The position numbers were made by a program, and so were the translations under genes. 64,000 nt of DNA from Candidatus Paceibacter sp. (GTDB lineage: Bacteria; Patescibacteriota; Patescibacteriia; S139-126): the NCBI GenBank assembly GCA_020724865.1, contig DYGA01000002.1:98657-162656 (forward strand), read 5' to 3'. Within the stretch, counting starts at the first letter, position 1, and each line of letters opens with the position of its first letter. This document shows positions 55,430 through 64,000 of this stretch, piece by piece. The notes below the pieces were generated by a model. The model did no database searches, had not been told where the DNA came from, and saw only the letters and a list, made by a program, of their open reading frames with translations.

Positions 55430-57367
55430 ATGTCCAGAAGAACCAAATATCGCCAAGCTCTAGCAGCTGGAACTCCTGATATGTTTACAATAAGTTTTTC
55501 CCAGCGCTTAAAAAACTTAGAAACTCGCAGCACGCAGGAAAAAATTGTTCATTGGTTAACTCAAGATGAAAAAAATTATGGTTTTGTTTGTTTAACTTCT
55601 TTTGGTAAAACCATAATTGATCTACTATTAGTTGATTACTATCTCAGTCTTGGTTATAAAAAAATTTTGGTTACAGCTCCCACCGAGGAACTTAATATTC
55701 AAATCTTCCAAGATTTCAATAATTTTTACAATTTTTCTGAAGAAGAAATTGTTCAATTGGCCGGAGTAGGAAAGACTAAAAGACAACAGTGGTGGCAAAA
55801 TGATAATTGTCGGGTTTATATTTCTACCCCTCACAACGTAGCTAATGATTTAGCCAGAAATGTTATTTCGTCTGATTATTTTCAATTAATAATCATAGAT
55901 GAAGCTCATCACGGAATAAAAAAATTTCCCTATACAGATATTACTGCCCGTTGTCATCATCATGCTAAAATAATTGCCCAAACTGCCGTGCCCGGGACAA
56001 TTTCCGATCGTGAGCAGTCAGCTAAGGCTTTGTGTTTAGATGGTGGCTGGTGGACAACTTCTCACGCCGAACAATTGGCGTGGCAACAACCCATGGAAAG
56101 AATTATAGTAGAAATACCTTTGGATGATTGGTGGCAACAAACTTGGAAACAAATGTTTGATCGAACGGGAATGTATTATAGCGAATTAGTCGATAATTTT
56201 TATCAAGCAGGTTTAGAAGAAACAGTCCCCTCTAGGTTTAAATTATTGTCACAAAAAGATACTAAAGACATACTTCGTAAAATAGATGAGTTAAGGAAAG
56301 TTGATAATTTATTAGGTTTAAAAGCCTTGCACAATTTTGCTTGTGTGCAAAAAATGTTGCATTTGATGAGACAAATTTTCCAAAATTCATTTGAAATGTT
56401 TTTTTCTTATTATGACAGATTAAATCAAGGCGGGAATAAGTCAAATATAAGATTAGCCAAAGAAAATAAACAACTTTATTTAGATGTTAAACATTACTGC
56501 GGTTGGAATCAGGAATTAAAAAAACCTGCAAAACTACATCCAAAGTTATTACGGCTCAAGGAACTGCAAGAAATTTTTTCTACCCAGCAAACTGCTATTT
56601 ATCATTCGTCAATTGAGATGTTACAAGTAGCAAGTTTTTATTTAACAAGTTGGGGTAACGAAAATAATCATTTAATCGGGAAAACTCATGTCAATTTACA
56701 GCGCGCCAAAGATAGAAAAAAAATCAGACATGAATTTAATAATCGTCAAGATGGAATTTTACAAATTTCATCTGTTGGCAGCGAAGGTTTGCACTTAAAA
56801 AATTTGCAAAATTTAATTTTCTACGGACAGCCAAATACACCAAATTTTTTGGCCAATGCCGAAGGCAGAGTTGGTCGCGATAATCCGGGTAAAGTTTGGC
56901 ATCTATTATTTTCCCAATTTGATCGAGCAATGTACTATGCAAACGACTATAAAAGGGAGCAGATGTACGAAAAAATAAAAGTAATACCAGACGTTTATGT
57001 TCCCAATAAAAAAGTAAAAATGCATAATATTGATGCTACCCATTTGCCAAAAAAAATAGTTGATCAAAATAATTCAGTGATAAGGGAAATATTTTTTTTA
57101 CAGCAAGTGACTATTACTGAAATAATTAGTAAAGGAAAAATTTCCGGTTATAAATTTATTGGTAAAGCAAGTAAAGGCGAAGAAATAGTCAATATTATAC
57201 AGGTGTTAACTTGTAATCAAAAAGAAGAAGTAGTTAGATTGCAAAGTTTATGTGGGAAACAGATTATAGTCTCAGGCAAAGTTTATGTGGAAGATATTTT
57301 TGATTACAAAATTATAAATATTGTAGTTTCAGATTTAACAGAAAAACAGGGTATTATCCCGGTGTAA
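55430..57367 (+). CDS. SF2 helicase, Hef/FANCM/RIG-I-like (DEAH) with an insertion between the RecA-like domains and a C-terminal domain of unknown function.
   Basis: Motif I TSFGKT, motif II IIIDEAHHG, domain-2 motif LIFYGQPNTPNFLANAEGRVGR (compare IFYEP...RRGRTGR). Confidence 0.7.
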   Translation: MSRRTKYRQALAAGTPDMFTISFSQRLKNLETRSTQEKIVHWLTQDEKNYGFVCLTSFGKTIIDLLLVDYYLSLGYKKILVTAPTEELNIQIFQDFNNFYNFSEEEIVQLAGVGKTKRQQWWQNDNCRVYISTPHNVANDLARNVISSDYFQLIIIDEAHHGIKKFPYTDITARCHHHAKIIAQTAVPGTISDREQSAKALCLDGGWWTTSHAEQLAWQQPMERIIVEIPLDDWWQQTWKQMFDRTGMYYSELVDNFYQAGLEETVPSRFKLLSQKDTKDILRKIDELRKVDNLLGLKALHNFACVQKMLHLMRQIFQNSFEMFFSYYDRLNQGGNKSNIRLAKENKQLYLDVKHYCGWNQELKKPAKLHPKLLRLKELQEIFSTQQTAIYHSSIEMLQVASFYLTSWGNENNHLIGKTHVNLQRAKDRKKIRHEFNNRQDGILQISSVGSEGLHLKNLQNLIFYGQPNTPNFLANAEGRVGRDNPGKVWHLLFSQFDRAMYYANDYKREQMYEKIKVIPDVYVPNKKVKMHNIDATHLPKKIVDQNNSVIREIFFLQQVTITEIISKGKISGYKFIGKASKGEEIVNIIQVLTCNQKEEVVRLQSLCGKQIIVSGKVYVEDIFDYKIINIVVSDLTEKQGIIPV

Positions 57368-57378
57368 ATTAATTTATC

Positions 57379-57405
57379 GTCCCGAATTTATTTCGGGACT
57401 TTTTA
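57379..57405 (+). terminator. Rho-independent terminator after the helicase.
   Basis: GTCCCGAAA-TTTA-TTTCGGGAC then TTTTT. Confidence 0.7.
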
Positions 57406-57611
57406 TTGACCTAAATAAATCTTTATGGTAATTTAGCAAAAATAAAGTGGTAAAAAATTCATTTTTAAAATAAAATAGTTTTACTATTGCACTTTAAAAA
57501 AATGTAAAATTAGCAAAACTTTAAGTAAAGTTTTTTCCAAGGAAGATATTTATCAATTGTATATAAAAATTAATTTTTAAATTTTTCGTCACTATAAAAG
57601 GAGGACTAGTC

Positions 57612-58157
57612 ATGAAAATAAAAGAAGATTACGTCAGAAAAATTTTTTCTTCGTTTGATTTAAAAAAAATTATAAATTTTCCCCCAAATAAAATAATTGA
57701 CAGTCATCACGAAAAAAATATTTTAGCCATATTTTTGCATGTTATAATAACCTATTTTTTAGATGAAATTTCTAAAGAGCCTGATAAATATGGATTACGT
57801 CGAGTATTAGATTTGGTACCACAATACAGATTGACTAGAAGAGGTTTGTTGCAGACAAAAATAACCAACTTAGACATTATTTATTTTATGAACTATCAAG
57901 ATTTGATCTACGAACAAAATAGAAAGGATGATCAAAAAAATTTTTTTATAGCATGTGAATTTGGTTTATCCGGGGAAAGAAAATTGGTTAATAAATTTTT
58001 TAAACACTTACGAAGTTATATAAGACAGAGACAATTTAATCTTTGGTATAAAAAAGCTTGCGCCTGGCTTTTAGTACAAACAAATTACAATTTATTACCT
58101 ACCGAGATAAAAAAATATTTTCATTGGAACCAACTAAAATTAGGTCCAAAGGTCTAG
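57612..58157 (+). CDS. Hypothetical protein (181 aa) downstream of the helicase, with its own RBS-like GGAGGA.
   Basis: AAAGGAGGACTAGTC-ATG, a strong SD that is unusual here; ORF track. Confidence 0.5.
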   Translation: MKIKEDYVRKIFSSFDLKKIINFPPNKIIDSHHEKNILAIFLHVIITYFLDEISKEPDKYGLRRVLDLVPQYRLTRRGLLQTKITNLDIIYFMNYQDLIYEQNRKDDQKNFFIACEFGLSGERKLVNKFFKHLRSYIRQRQFNLWYKKACAWLLVQTNYNLLPTEIKKYFHWNQLKLGPKV

Positions 58158-58180
58158 CCACATATCAGTGGCTAGTTTTT
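58154..58180 (+). terminator. Rho-independent terminator (stop codon inside the stem).
   Basis: CTAGCCAC-ATATCA-GTGGCTAG then TTTTT. Confidence 0.65.
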
Positions 58181-58231
58181 ATATAAATAATTTGCTAAAA
58201 AACCGAAATCTTATTATAATTAGTTAGATTT

Positions 58232-59629
58232 ATGGAAAAAAAATCAAAACAAATCAATCAAAATAAGATGGAAAAATTAGTGGCTTTACTAAAACGCCGT
58301 GGTTTTATTTTTCCTTCTTCAGATATATACGGTGGTATTCAAGCGGCTTATGATTATGGTCCTTTAGGGGTTGAGTTAAAAAATAATATCAAACGCGCTT
58401 GGTGGAAACGTTTTGTTCAAAGTAAACTGGATATGGTTGGTTTAGATGCAGCGATTATTATGCATCCCAAGGTTTGGGAAGCATCAGGTCATGTTAAAAA
58501 TTTTACTGACCCATTGGTAGATTGTAAAAAATGTAAAAAAAGATTTAGAGCTGATCATTTATTACCTGCCAATGCAAAAAGTCCTGGTTATGACAAAGAA
58601 AAACCTTTTTTTGTTTCTGACTATCAATGTCCTGATTGTGGTGGTGAACTTACTGAAGTCAGACAATTCAATTTGATGTTTCAGACATTTATGGGCCCCT
58701 TGCAAGAAGATGCGGCCAAAGTATATCTTAGGCCTGAGACTGCGGGCGGTATATTTGTAAATTTTAAAAATGTTGTTGATAGTATGCGTTTGCGCGTACC
58801 TTTTGGTATAGGACAAATTGGCAAAGCTTTTCGTAACGAAATAACAGTAGAAAATTTCATTTTCCGTACGCGTGAATTTGAACAAATGGAAGTAGAATAT
58901 TTTGTTCATCCTCGGGAGTGGGAAAAATATTTTAATGAATGGTTGGAAATTATGAAAGGTTGGTGTAAATTTTTAGGCATTAAAGATAGTAATTTACACC
59001 TTCAGGAAATTCCTGAAAGTGAAAGGGCATTTTATTCTCAGCGTACAATAGATTTTGAATACGATTATCCGTTTGGACGTAAAGAATTATACGGTTTAGC
59101 TTATCGAACTGATTATGATTTAAAACAACACCAAAAATTTAGCGGTCAAAGTCTTGAATATACTGATCCACTGACCAAAGAAAAATATATTCCTCATATA
59201 ATTGAACCATCACTAGGGGTTGATCGTTCTGTTTTGGTAGTTTTATTAGAAGCTTATACAGAAATTATTGGCGGTAGAACAACCACAACAGAAGCCACCA
59301 AAGAATTAGAAGTGGTTTTAAGTTTACCTTATGAATTAGCGCCGGTTAAAATAGCTATTTTGCCTTTGGCAAAAAAGGAGTCTTTAGTGGTTATGGCCAA
59401 AAAAATTGCTCAAGATTTAGGTAATAATTACGCTGTCCAGTATGATGAAACTGGTTCTATTGGGCGACGTTATCGTCGTCAAGATGAGATCGGTACGCCT
59501 TATTGTTTGACAATTGATTTTGATACAATTACTGACCAAGCAGTTACAGTTAGAGATCGAGATAGTATGCAACAAGAAAGAGTGGCAATCAAAGATTTGG
59601 ATAATTTTTTTAAGCTTAAGTTTAATTAA
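58232..59629 (+). CDS. glyQS: Glycine--tRNA ligase (alpha2 dimeric type).
   Basis: FPSSDIYGGI, YDYGPLG, class II motifs (FRNE, GIGQIGKAFRNE), C-terminal anticodon-binding domain. Confidence 0.9.
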   Translation: MEKKSKQINQNKMEKLVALLKRRGFIFPSSDIYGGIQAAYDYGPLGVELKNNIKRAWWKRFVQSKLDMVGLDAAIIMHPKVWEASGHVKNFTDPLVDCKKCKKRFRADHLLPANAKSPGYDKEKPFFVSDYQCPDCGGELTEVRQFNLMFQTFMGPLQEDAAKVYLRPETAGGIFVNFKNVVDSMRLRVPFGIGQIGKAFRNEITVENFIFRTREFEQMEVEYFVHPREWEKYFNEWLEIMKGWCKFLGIKDSNLHLQEIPESERAFYSQRTIDFEYDYPFGRKELYGLAYRTDYDLKQHQKFSGQSLEYTDPLTKEKYIPHIIEPSLGVDRSVLVVLLEAYTEIIGGRTTTTEATKELEVVLSLPYELAPVKIAILPLAKKESLVVMAKKIAQDLGNNYAVQYDETGSIGRRYRRQDEIGTPYCLTIDFDTITDQAVTVRDRDSMQQERVAIKDLDNFFKLKFN

Positions 59630-60897
59630 TGTTTTATAGTTATAAATATAATAATGGTTTAACAGCTATTATTAGCCCTCAATTAGGTACCAAAGCCGCA
59701 ACAGTATTGATAGCGGTTAAGGTTGGTTCACGTTTTGAGCCAAATAAATATAATGGCATTGCTCATTTTACAGAACATCTAATGTTTAAAGGGACAAAGC
59801 GTAGGCCCTCAACTTTATTAATTTCCCGAGAGTTAGATAGTATTGGTGCTGATTACAATGCATTTACTGGTAAAGAATATACTGGTTATTATATTAAAGC
59901 AGACGCTAGACATTTATCTTTATCACTAGATATACTGGCGGATATGTTAAATAATTCTTTATTTTCTGAACAAGAAATTGCTCGAGAAAAGGGAGTGATA
60001 GTTGAAGAGATAAATATGTATGAAGACGCACCGATGATGATGTTGGAAGATGAGTTTGATGCTTGTGCTTATCCAGCTAGCCAGTTGGGTAGAAATATTG
60101 CTGGTACTAAGGAAACAGTTAATTCTTTCACCCGAAAAGATTTTATAAATTTTATTGAACGTTATTATACAGCCAGCAATATGTTAGTAGTAATTGCTGG
60201 TAAGGTTGATCAATTGGCGGCGCAAGAATATATTGAAAAATTATTTAGGCATACAAAAAAAGGAACTGAAAGTAAATTTAAAAAAATTAAAATACAACAA
60301 AAAAAAGCAAAAATTTTAGTAAAAGATAAACAGACAGAACAAATTCATTTAGCGCTTGGTTTTACTGCCAATATTAATCATCGTAGCCCCGTTGTCTTGC
60401 CTCTAAAAATTGCTAACATAGCTTTTGGAGGAAATATGAGTTCAAGATTATTTATTAATATTAGAGAGAGACAGGGATTGTGTTATTATGTGCGTTCTCG
60501 GGTAAACACCTATCATGATACTGGTAGTTTTGTAGTATATGCAGGTTTAGATAAAAATAGATTAGAACAAGCTGTCGGTCTTATTATTAAGGAGTATAAA
60601 AAAATTAAAGCCCAAGGAATAACCAAAAGTGAGTTTAACAAAGCCAAAGATTTCATCAGAGGCAAAACAGTTTTAGCTTTGGAAGATAGTTCTCAGGTTG
60701 CTCAGTGGTATGCTGATCGTTGGTTAAGTGGCCAAAAAATTGAAACTCCTGAACAATATTTAGATCGTTTAGAGAAAATAAATTTAACAGATATAAATCA
60801 AGCTTTAAAACAGGTAATTAATAAACAAAAATTGAATTTAGCCATTATCGGGCAAATAGCTGATAAAAGAAATTTAAATAAATATATTAGTTTTTAA
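59629..60897 (+). CDS. M16-family zinc peptidase (insulinase-like).
   Basis: Inverted zinc motif HFTEHLMFKGT (HxxEH) and downstream E. Confidence 0.8.
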   Translation: MFYSYKYNNGLTAIISPQLGTKAATVLIAVKVGSRFEPNKYNGIAHFTEHLMFKGTKRRPSTLLISRELDSIGADYNAFTGKEYTGYYIKADARHLSLSLDILADMLNNSLFSEQEIAREKGVIVEEINMYEDAPMMMLEDEFDACAYPASQLGRNIAGTKETVNSFTRKDFINFIERYYTASNMLVVIAGKVDQLAAQEYIEKLFRHTKKGTESKFKKIKIQQKKAKILVKDKQTEQIHLALGFTANINHRSPVVLPLKIANIAFGGNMSSRLFINIRERQGLCYYVRSRVNTYHDTGSFVVYAGLDKNRLEQAVGLIIKEYKKIKAQGITKSEFNKAKDFIRGKTVLALEDSSQVAQWYADRWLSGQKIETPEQYLDRLEKINLTDINQALKQVINKQKLNLAIIGQIADKRNLNKYISF

Positions 60898-60907
60898 TTT
60901 TAATTAT

Positions 60908-61972
60908 ATGAATGGAGAAAATAAACAACCAATTACGGTGACAGTATCAACTTTGACCTTTTTTAAAGTTGTTATGGTATTGTTGATTTTGGGCTTTGTT
61001 TGGATAGTGCGGGATATATTATTTTTGTTATTAATATCTTTAGTTTTAGCGGCAGCATTTGATCCTTGGGTAGACTGGTTGCAAACCAAAAAAATTCCTA
61101 GATCAATTAGTATTTTAGGAATTTATATTATTATGTTGAGTATTTTTTCTTTGGCAATTGGTTTGATGGTGCCGGTAGTTTTGGAACAAAGCAACGAGTT
61201 AATAAAAAATTTACCCAGTTTTATAAATCAATTTACGCAATGGCTGACTAATGTCAGATCTACTGCTGTTGGTTATGAGATTATTGATAATATAAAACTC
61301 GCATTGTCAGGCTGGCAAACCAATTTAGGACAAAGTTCCGGTAGCATATTGACTTTTGTCGGTGGATTTTTTGGCACGGTTATATCTTTATTTTCCGTTT
61401 TGGTTATGACTTTTTATATGATTATTGAAGAAGGTAATACAAAAAAATTTATTACTTCAATTAGTCCTAAAAAATATCAAAATTATTTAATTGAATTGAT
61501 GGACCGTATTTCATTGCGTATGGGTCACTGGCTACGGGGGCAAATTATTTTAAGTTTTGCCGTTGGTTTGCTAGTTTATATTGGTTTGAAAATTTTAGGT
61601 ATAAAATATGCTTTTGTATTAGCTTTGATTTCCGCCATTACCGAAATTATTCCTTACGTTGGTCCTTTTTTGGGCGCATTGCCCGGAGTGTTAATTGGTT
61701 TTACGATTTCACCTTGGACGGGCATATTTACTATTTTACTTTATTTTATTATTCAACAAATGGAAAATAGTTTTTTGACGCCAAAGATTATGTCAAAAGC
61801 GGTAGGTTTGAATCCAGTAATTGTAATTTTGTCAATTTTAATTGGTGCTAAAATCGGCGGTCCAGTAGGGGCGATTATTTCCATACCAGTAGCAATTATT
61901 TTGAGTATTTTTTTGAAAGATTTTATGGATTATCCTTGGCAATATAAAGGTGATGAAAAGTTAAGTAAATAG
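60908..61972 (+). CDS. AI-2E family transporter (PerM/YhhT, UPF0118).
   Basis: 8-TM topology and conserved pattern typical of UPF0118 permeases. Confidence 0.75.
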   Translation: MNGENKQPITVTVSTLTFFKVVMVLLILGFVWIVRDILFLLLISLVLAAAFDPWVDWLQTKKIPRSISILGIYIIMLSIFSLAIGLMVPVVLEQSNELIKNLPSFINQFTQWLTNVRSTAVGYEIIDNIKLALSGWQTNLGQSSGSILTFVGGFFGTVISLFSVLVMTFYMIIEEGNTKKFITSISPKKYQNYLIELMDRISLRMGHWLRGQIILSFAVGLLVYIGLKILGIKYAFVLALISAITEIIPYVGPFLGALPGVLIGFTISPWTGIFTILLYFIIQQMENSFLTPKIMSKAVGLNPVIVILSILIGAKIGGPVGAIISIPVAIILSIFLKDFMDYPWQYKGDEKLSK

Positions 61973-61977
61973 TAATT

Positions 61978-62658
61978 ATGAATTTATATGTTATTGCTAC
62001 GCCCATTGGTAATTTAGAAGATATAACAATTCGGGCATTAAATATTTTAAAAATCGTTGATTTTATAGTTTGCGAGGATACCAGAGTTACTAAAAGATTG
62101 TTAGAACATTATCAGATAAGTAAACCGCTTTTCAGTTACCACCAGCATTCTGGCGAGCGTGTTATAGAAAAAATAAAAGAGTTATTAAAAGCAGATCAAA
62201 GCATTGCTTATTTATCAGACGCAGGCACCCCAGGTATATCTGATCCGGGCGGAAAATTGGTAGAAACTTTAGTTAAAGAATTTGATGATAATTTAAAAAT
62301 CATACCACTACCTGGTCCGTCCGCGATTTTAGCAGCTTTGTCTGTTAGCGGATTTCCAACTGACAGTTTTTTGTTTCTAGGTTTTGTACCCAATAAGAAA
62401 GGTAGACAAACTTATCTCAAACAAATAGCTGAACAAAATATTACGGTGGTTTGTTATGAATCTGTTTATAGAATCGAAAAGTTTTTAAATGAAATTGATC
62501 TTTTAATGCCAAAACGTAAACTTATGCTGGGCAGAGAGTTAACAAAAAAGTTTGAATGTCTATATCGTGGCTATCCGCATGAAATTTTAGTTAAATTAAA
62601 AAATGATAAAGTTAAAGGAGAATTTGTAATTGTATTTGCTCCAGCTAATTTTAAATAA
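61978..62658 (+). CDS. rsmI: 16S rRNA (cytidine1402-2'-O)-methyltransferase RsmI.
   Basis: LYVIATPIGNLEDIT, tetrapyrrole-methylase fold pattern, 226 aa. Confidence 0.85.
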   Translation: MNLYVIATPIGNLEDITIRALNILKIVDFIVCEDTRVTKRLLEHYQISKPLFSYHQHSGERVIEKIKELLKADQSIAYLSDAGTPGISDPGGKLVETLVKEFDDNLKIIPLPGPSAILAALSVSGFPTDSFLFLGFVPNKKGRQTYLKQIAEQNITVVCYESVYRIEKFLNEIDLLMPKRKLMLGRELTKKFECLYRGYPHEILVKLKNDKVKGEFVIVFAPANFK

Positions 62659-62660
62659 AT

Positions 62661-64000
62661 ATGTCAAAAGATAAATATATTTATATTACCACAGCTATAG
62701 ATTATGTGAATGCTCAACCGCATTTAGGGCATGCTTTAGAAAAAGTTCAGGCTGATGTTTTTGCCAGATATTGGCGTGGTCGGAATCAGAAAGTGTGGTT
62801 TTTAACTGGTACCGATGAACATGGTACTAAAAATTTTGAAAGTGCTAGAAAACTTGGTATGGATCCGCAAGATTTTGTTGATCAAAACGCAGTTAAATTT
62901 AAAAAACTAGTTGAAGTTTATAATATTTCCAATGATGATTTTATAAGAACTACTGACCAAAAAAGGCATTGGCCAGCAGTAGTTAAAATGTGGCAGCAAC
63001 TAATGCAGAAAGGTGATTTATTTAAAGATACTTATGAAGGTTTGTATTGTGTTGGTTGTGAAGAATTTAAATTACCAAAAGATTTGGTCGATGGAAAATG
63101 TCCAGATCATAATCGTGAGCCGGAATTGTTGCACGAAGAAAATTATTTTTTTAATCTTGGTAAATATACGCAGATTATTATTGAAAAAATTACCAGCGGT
63201 GACTTGGAAATTATTCCAAAAAGTCGTGCCAATGAAATATTAAATATTTTGCAAGCCGGATTTGATCGAGTGAGTTTTTCTCGTCCTAGAAAAAAATTGA
63301 ATTGGGGCGTGCCAGTACCCAATGATCCAGACCAAGTAATGTATGTTTGGTGTGATGCTCTAACCAATTATATATCAGCATTAGGATATGCTGAAAATAG
63401 CGAAAAATATCAAAATTTTTGGCAAAACGGACACATAACTCATTTTATTGGTAAGGGTATTTTGCGATTTCATGCAGCTATTTGGCCGGCTATGTTGTTA
63501 GCTGCGGGATTAAAATTACCAAACCGTTTATTTGTTCATGGTTATATAACTGTTGATGGTAAAAAAATGTCTAAATCTCTTGGTAATGTAATAGATCCTC
63601 TAGCTTTAGTAGAAAGATACAATGTTGATCCTTTACGCTATTATTTATTGAAAGAAATTCCTGCTACTGGTGATGGAGATTTTTCTGAAAAGAGGTTTAA
63701 AGAAATTTATAATTCAGATTTAACTAATGGTTTAGGTAATTTAATATCTCGTACTACCAATATGATCGCCAGTTATTTAGCTGGGCAGATTGATCGGGCG
63801 GTGGTTGATGATTTTAACTGGTCACGAATTGACGAATATACAGAAAATTTCCAGTATGATCAGGCACTAACTGAAATTAAAAATATTGTAGATCAACTAA
63901 ATAAAGCTATTGATGATGCAAAGCCTTGGCATTTGATTAAAACAGGCAGCGAAGATGATATAAAAAAAATAAAAAATGTTTTATCATTAGTGGCTGTTTC
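62661..64000 (+). CDS. metG: Methionine--tRNA ligase (partial, runs off the window end).
   Basis: YITTAIDYVNAQPHLGHALEKV (HIGH-type HLGH), zinc knuckle CVGCEEF...CPDH, KMSKSLGN. Confidence 0.9.
   Translation, partial: MSKDKYIYITTAIDYVNAQPHLGHALEKVQADVFARYWRGRNQKVWFLTGTDEHGTKNFESARKLGMDPQDFVDQNAVKFKKLVEVYNISNDDFIRTTDQKRHWPAVVKMWQQLMQKGDLFKDTYEGLYCVGCEEFKLPKDLVDGKCPDHNREPELLHEENYFFNLGKYTQIIIEKITSGDLEIIPKSRANEILNILQAGFDRVSFSRPRKKLNWGVPVPNDPDQVMYVWCDALTNYISALGYAENSEKYQNFWQNGHITHFIGKGILRFHAAIWPAMLLAAGLKLPNRLFVHGYITVDGKKMSKSLGNVIDPLALVERYNVDPLRYYLLKEIPATGDGDFSEKRFKEIYNSDLTNGLGNLISRTTNMIASYLAGQIDRAVVDDFNWSRIDEYTENFQYDQALTEIKNIVDQLNKAIDDAKPWHLIKTGSEDDIKKIKNVLSLVAV

Overview
This is an AT-rich, compact, gene-dense bacterial segment. 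Small proteins, frequent ATGA start/stop overlaps, weak Shine-Dalgarno signals and the gene content point to a reduced-genome, Patescibacteria/CPR-like organism; that attribution is inference. The standard genetic code applies, since TGA serves as a stop. The dominant block is a complete type IV pilus gene cluster (pilM, N, O, small TM protein, B, receiver-domain protein, T-like, C, pilA, pilD and four minor pilins, ~5.6-17.6 kb). It is preceded by a large Trp/Gly-rich surface protein and followed by ligA. Housekeeping genes include rlmE, gatCA, trxB, lgt, dacA, the infC-rpmI-rplT operon, smpB plus a tmRNA (ssrA) on the minus strand, argS, ileS, recO, tgt-like, a clpC-like gene, rarA, glyQS, rsmI and metG (partial), plus one tRNA-Asp(GUC). 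Two things resemble accessory regions. One is a ~5.4 kb block (27.3-32.7 kb) bracketed by two inverted paralogous VirB2/TrbC-like small proteins; it also contains a patatin phospholipase, a GAF-domain protein and three unknown proteins. The other is a two-subunit [NiFe] hydrogenase with a maturation-protease-like gene. Several structured non-coding elements (ligA-gatC spacer, a 630-nt AT-rich spacer with a consensus sigma70 promoter) and palindromic repeats are not explained by coding features. Notable protein-level oddities: a PilT paralog with degenerate catalytic motifs, a TGT homolog missing the nucleophile Asp and zinc site, a membrane-anchored ClpC-like ATPase with a dead D1 module, and a Hef/RIG-I-like SF2 helicase.
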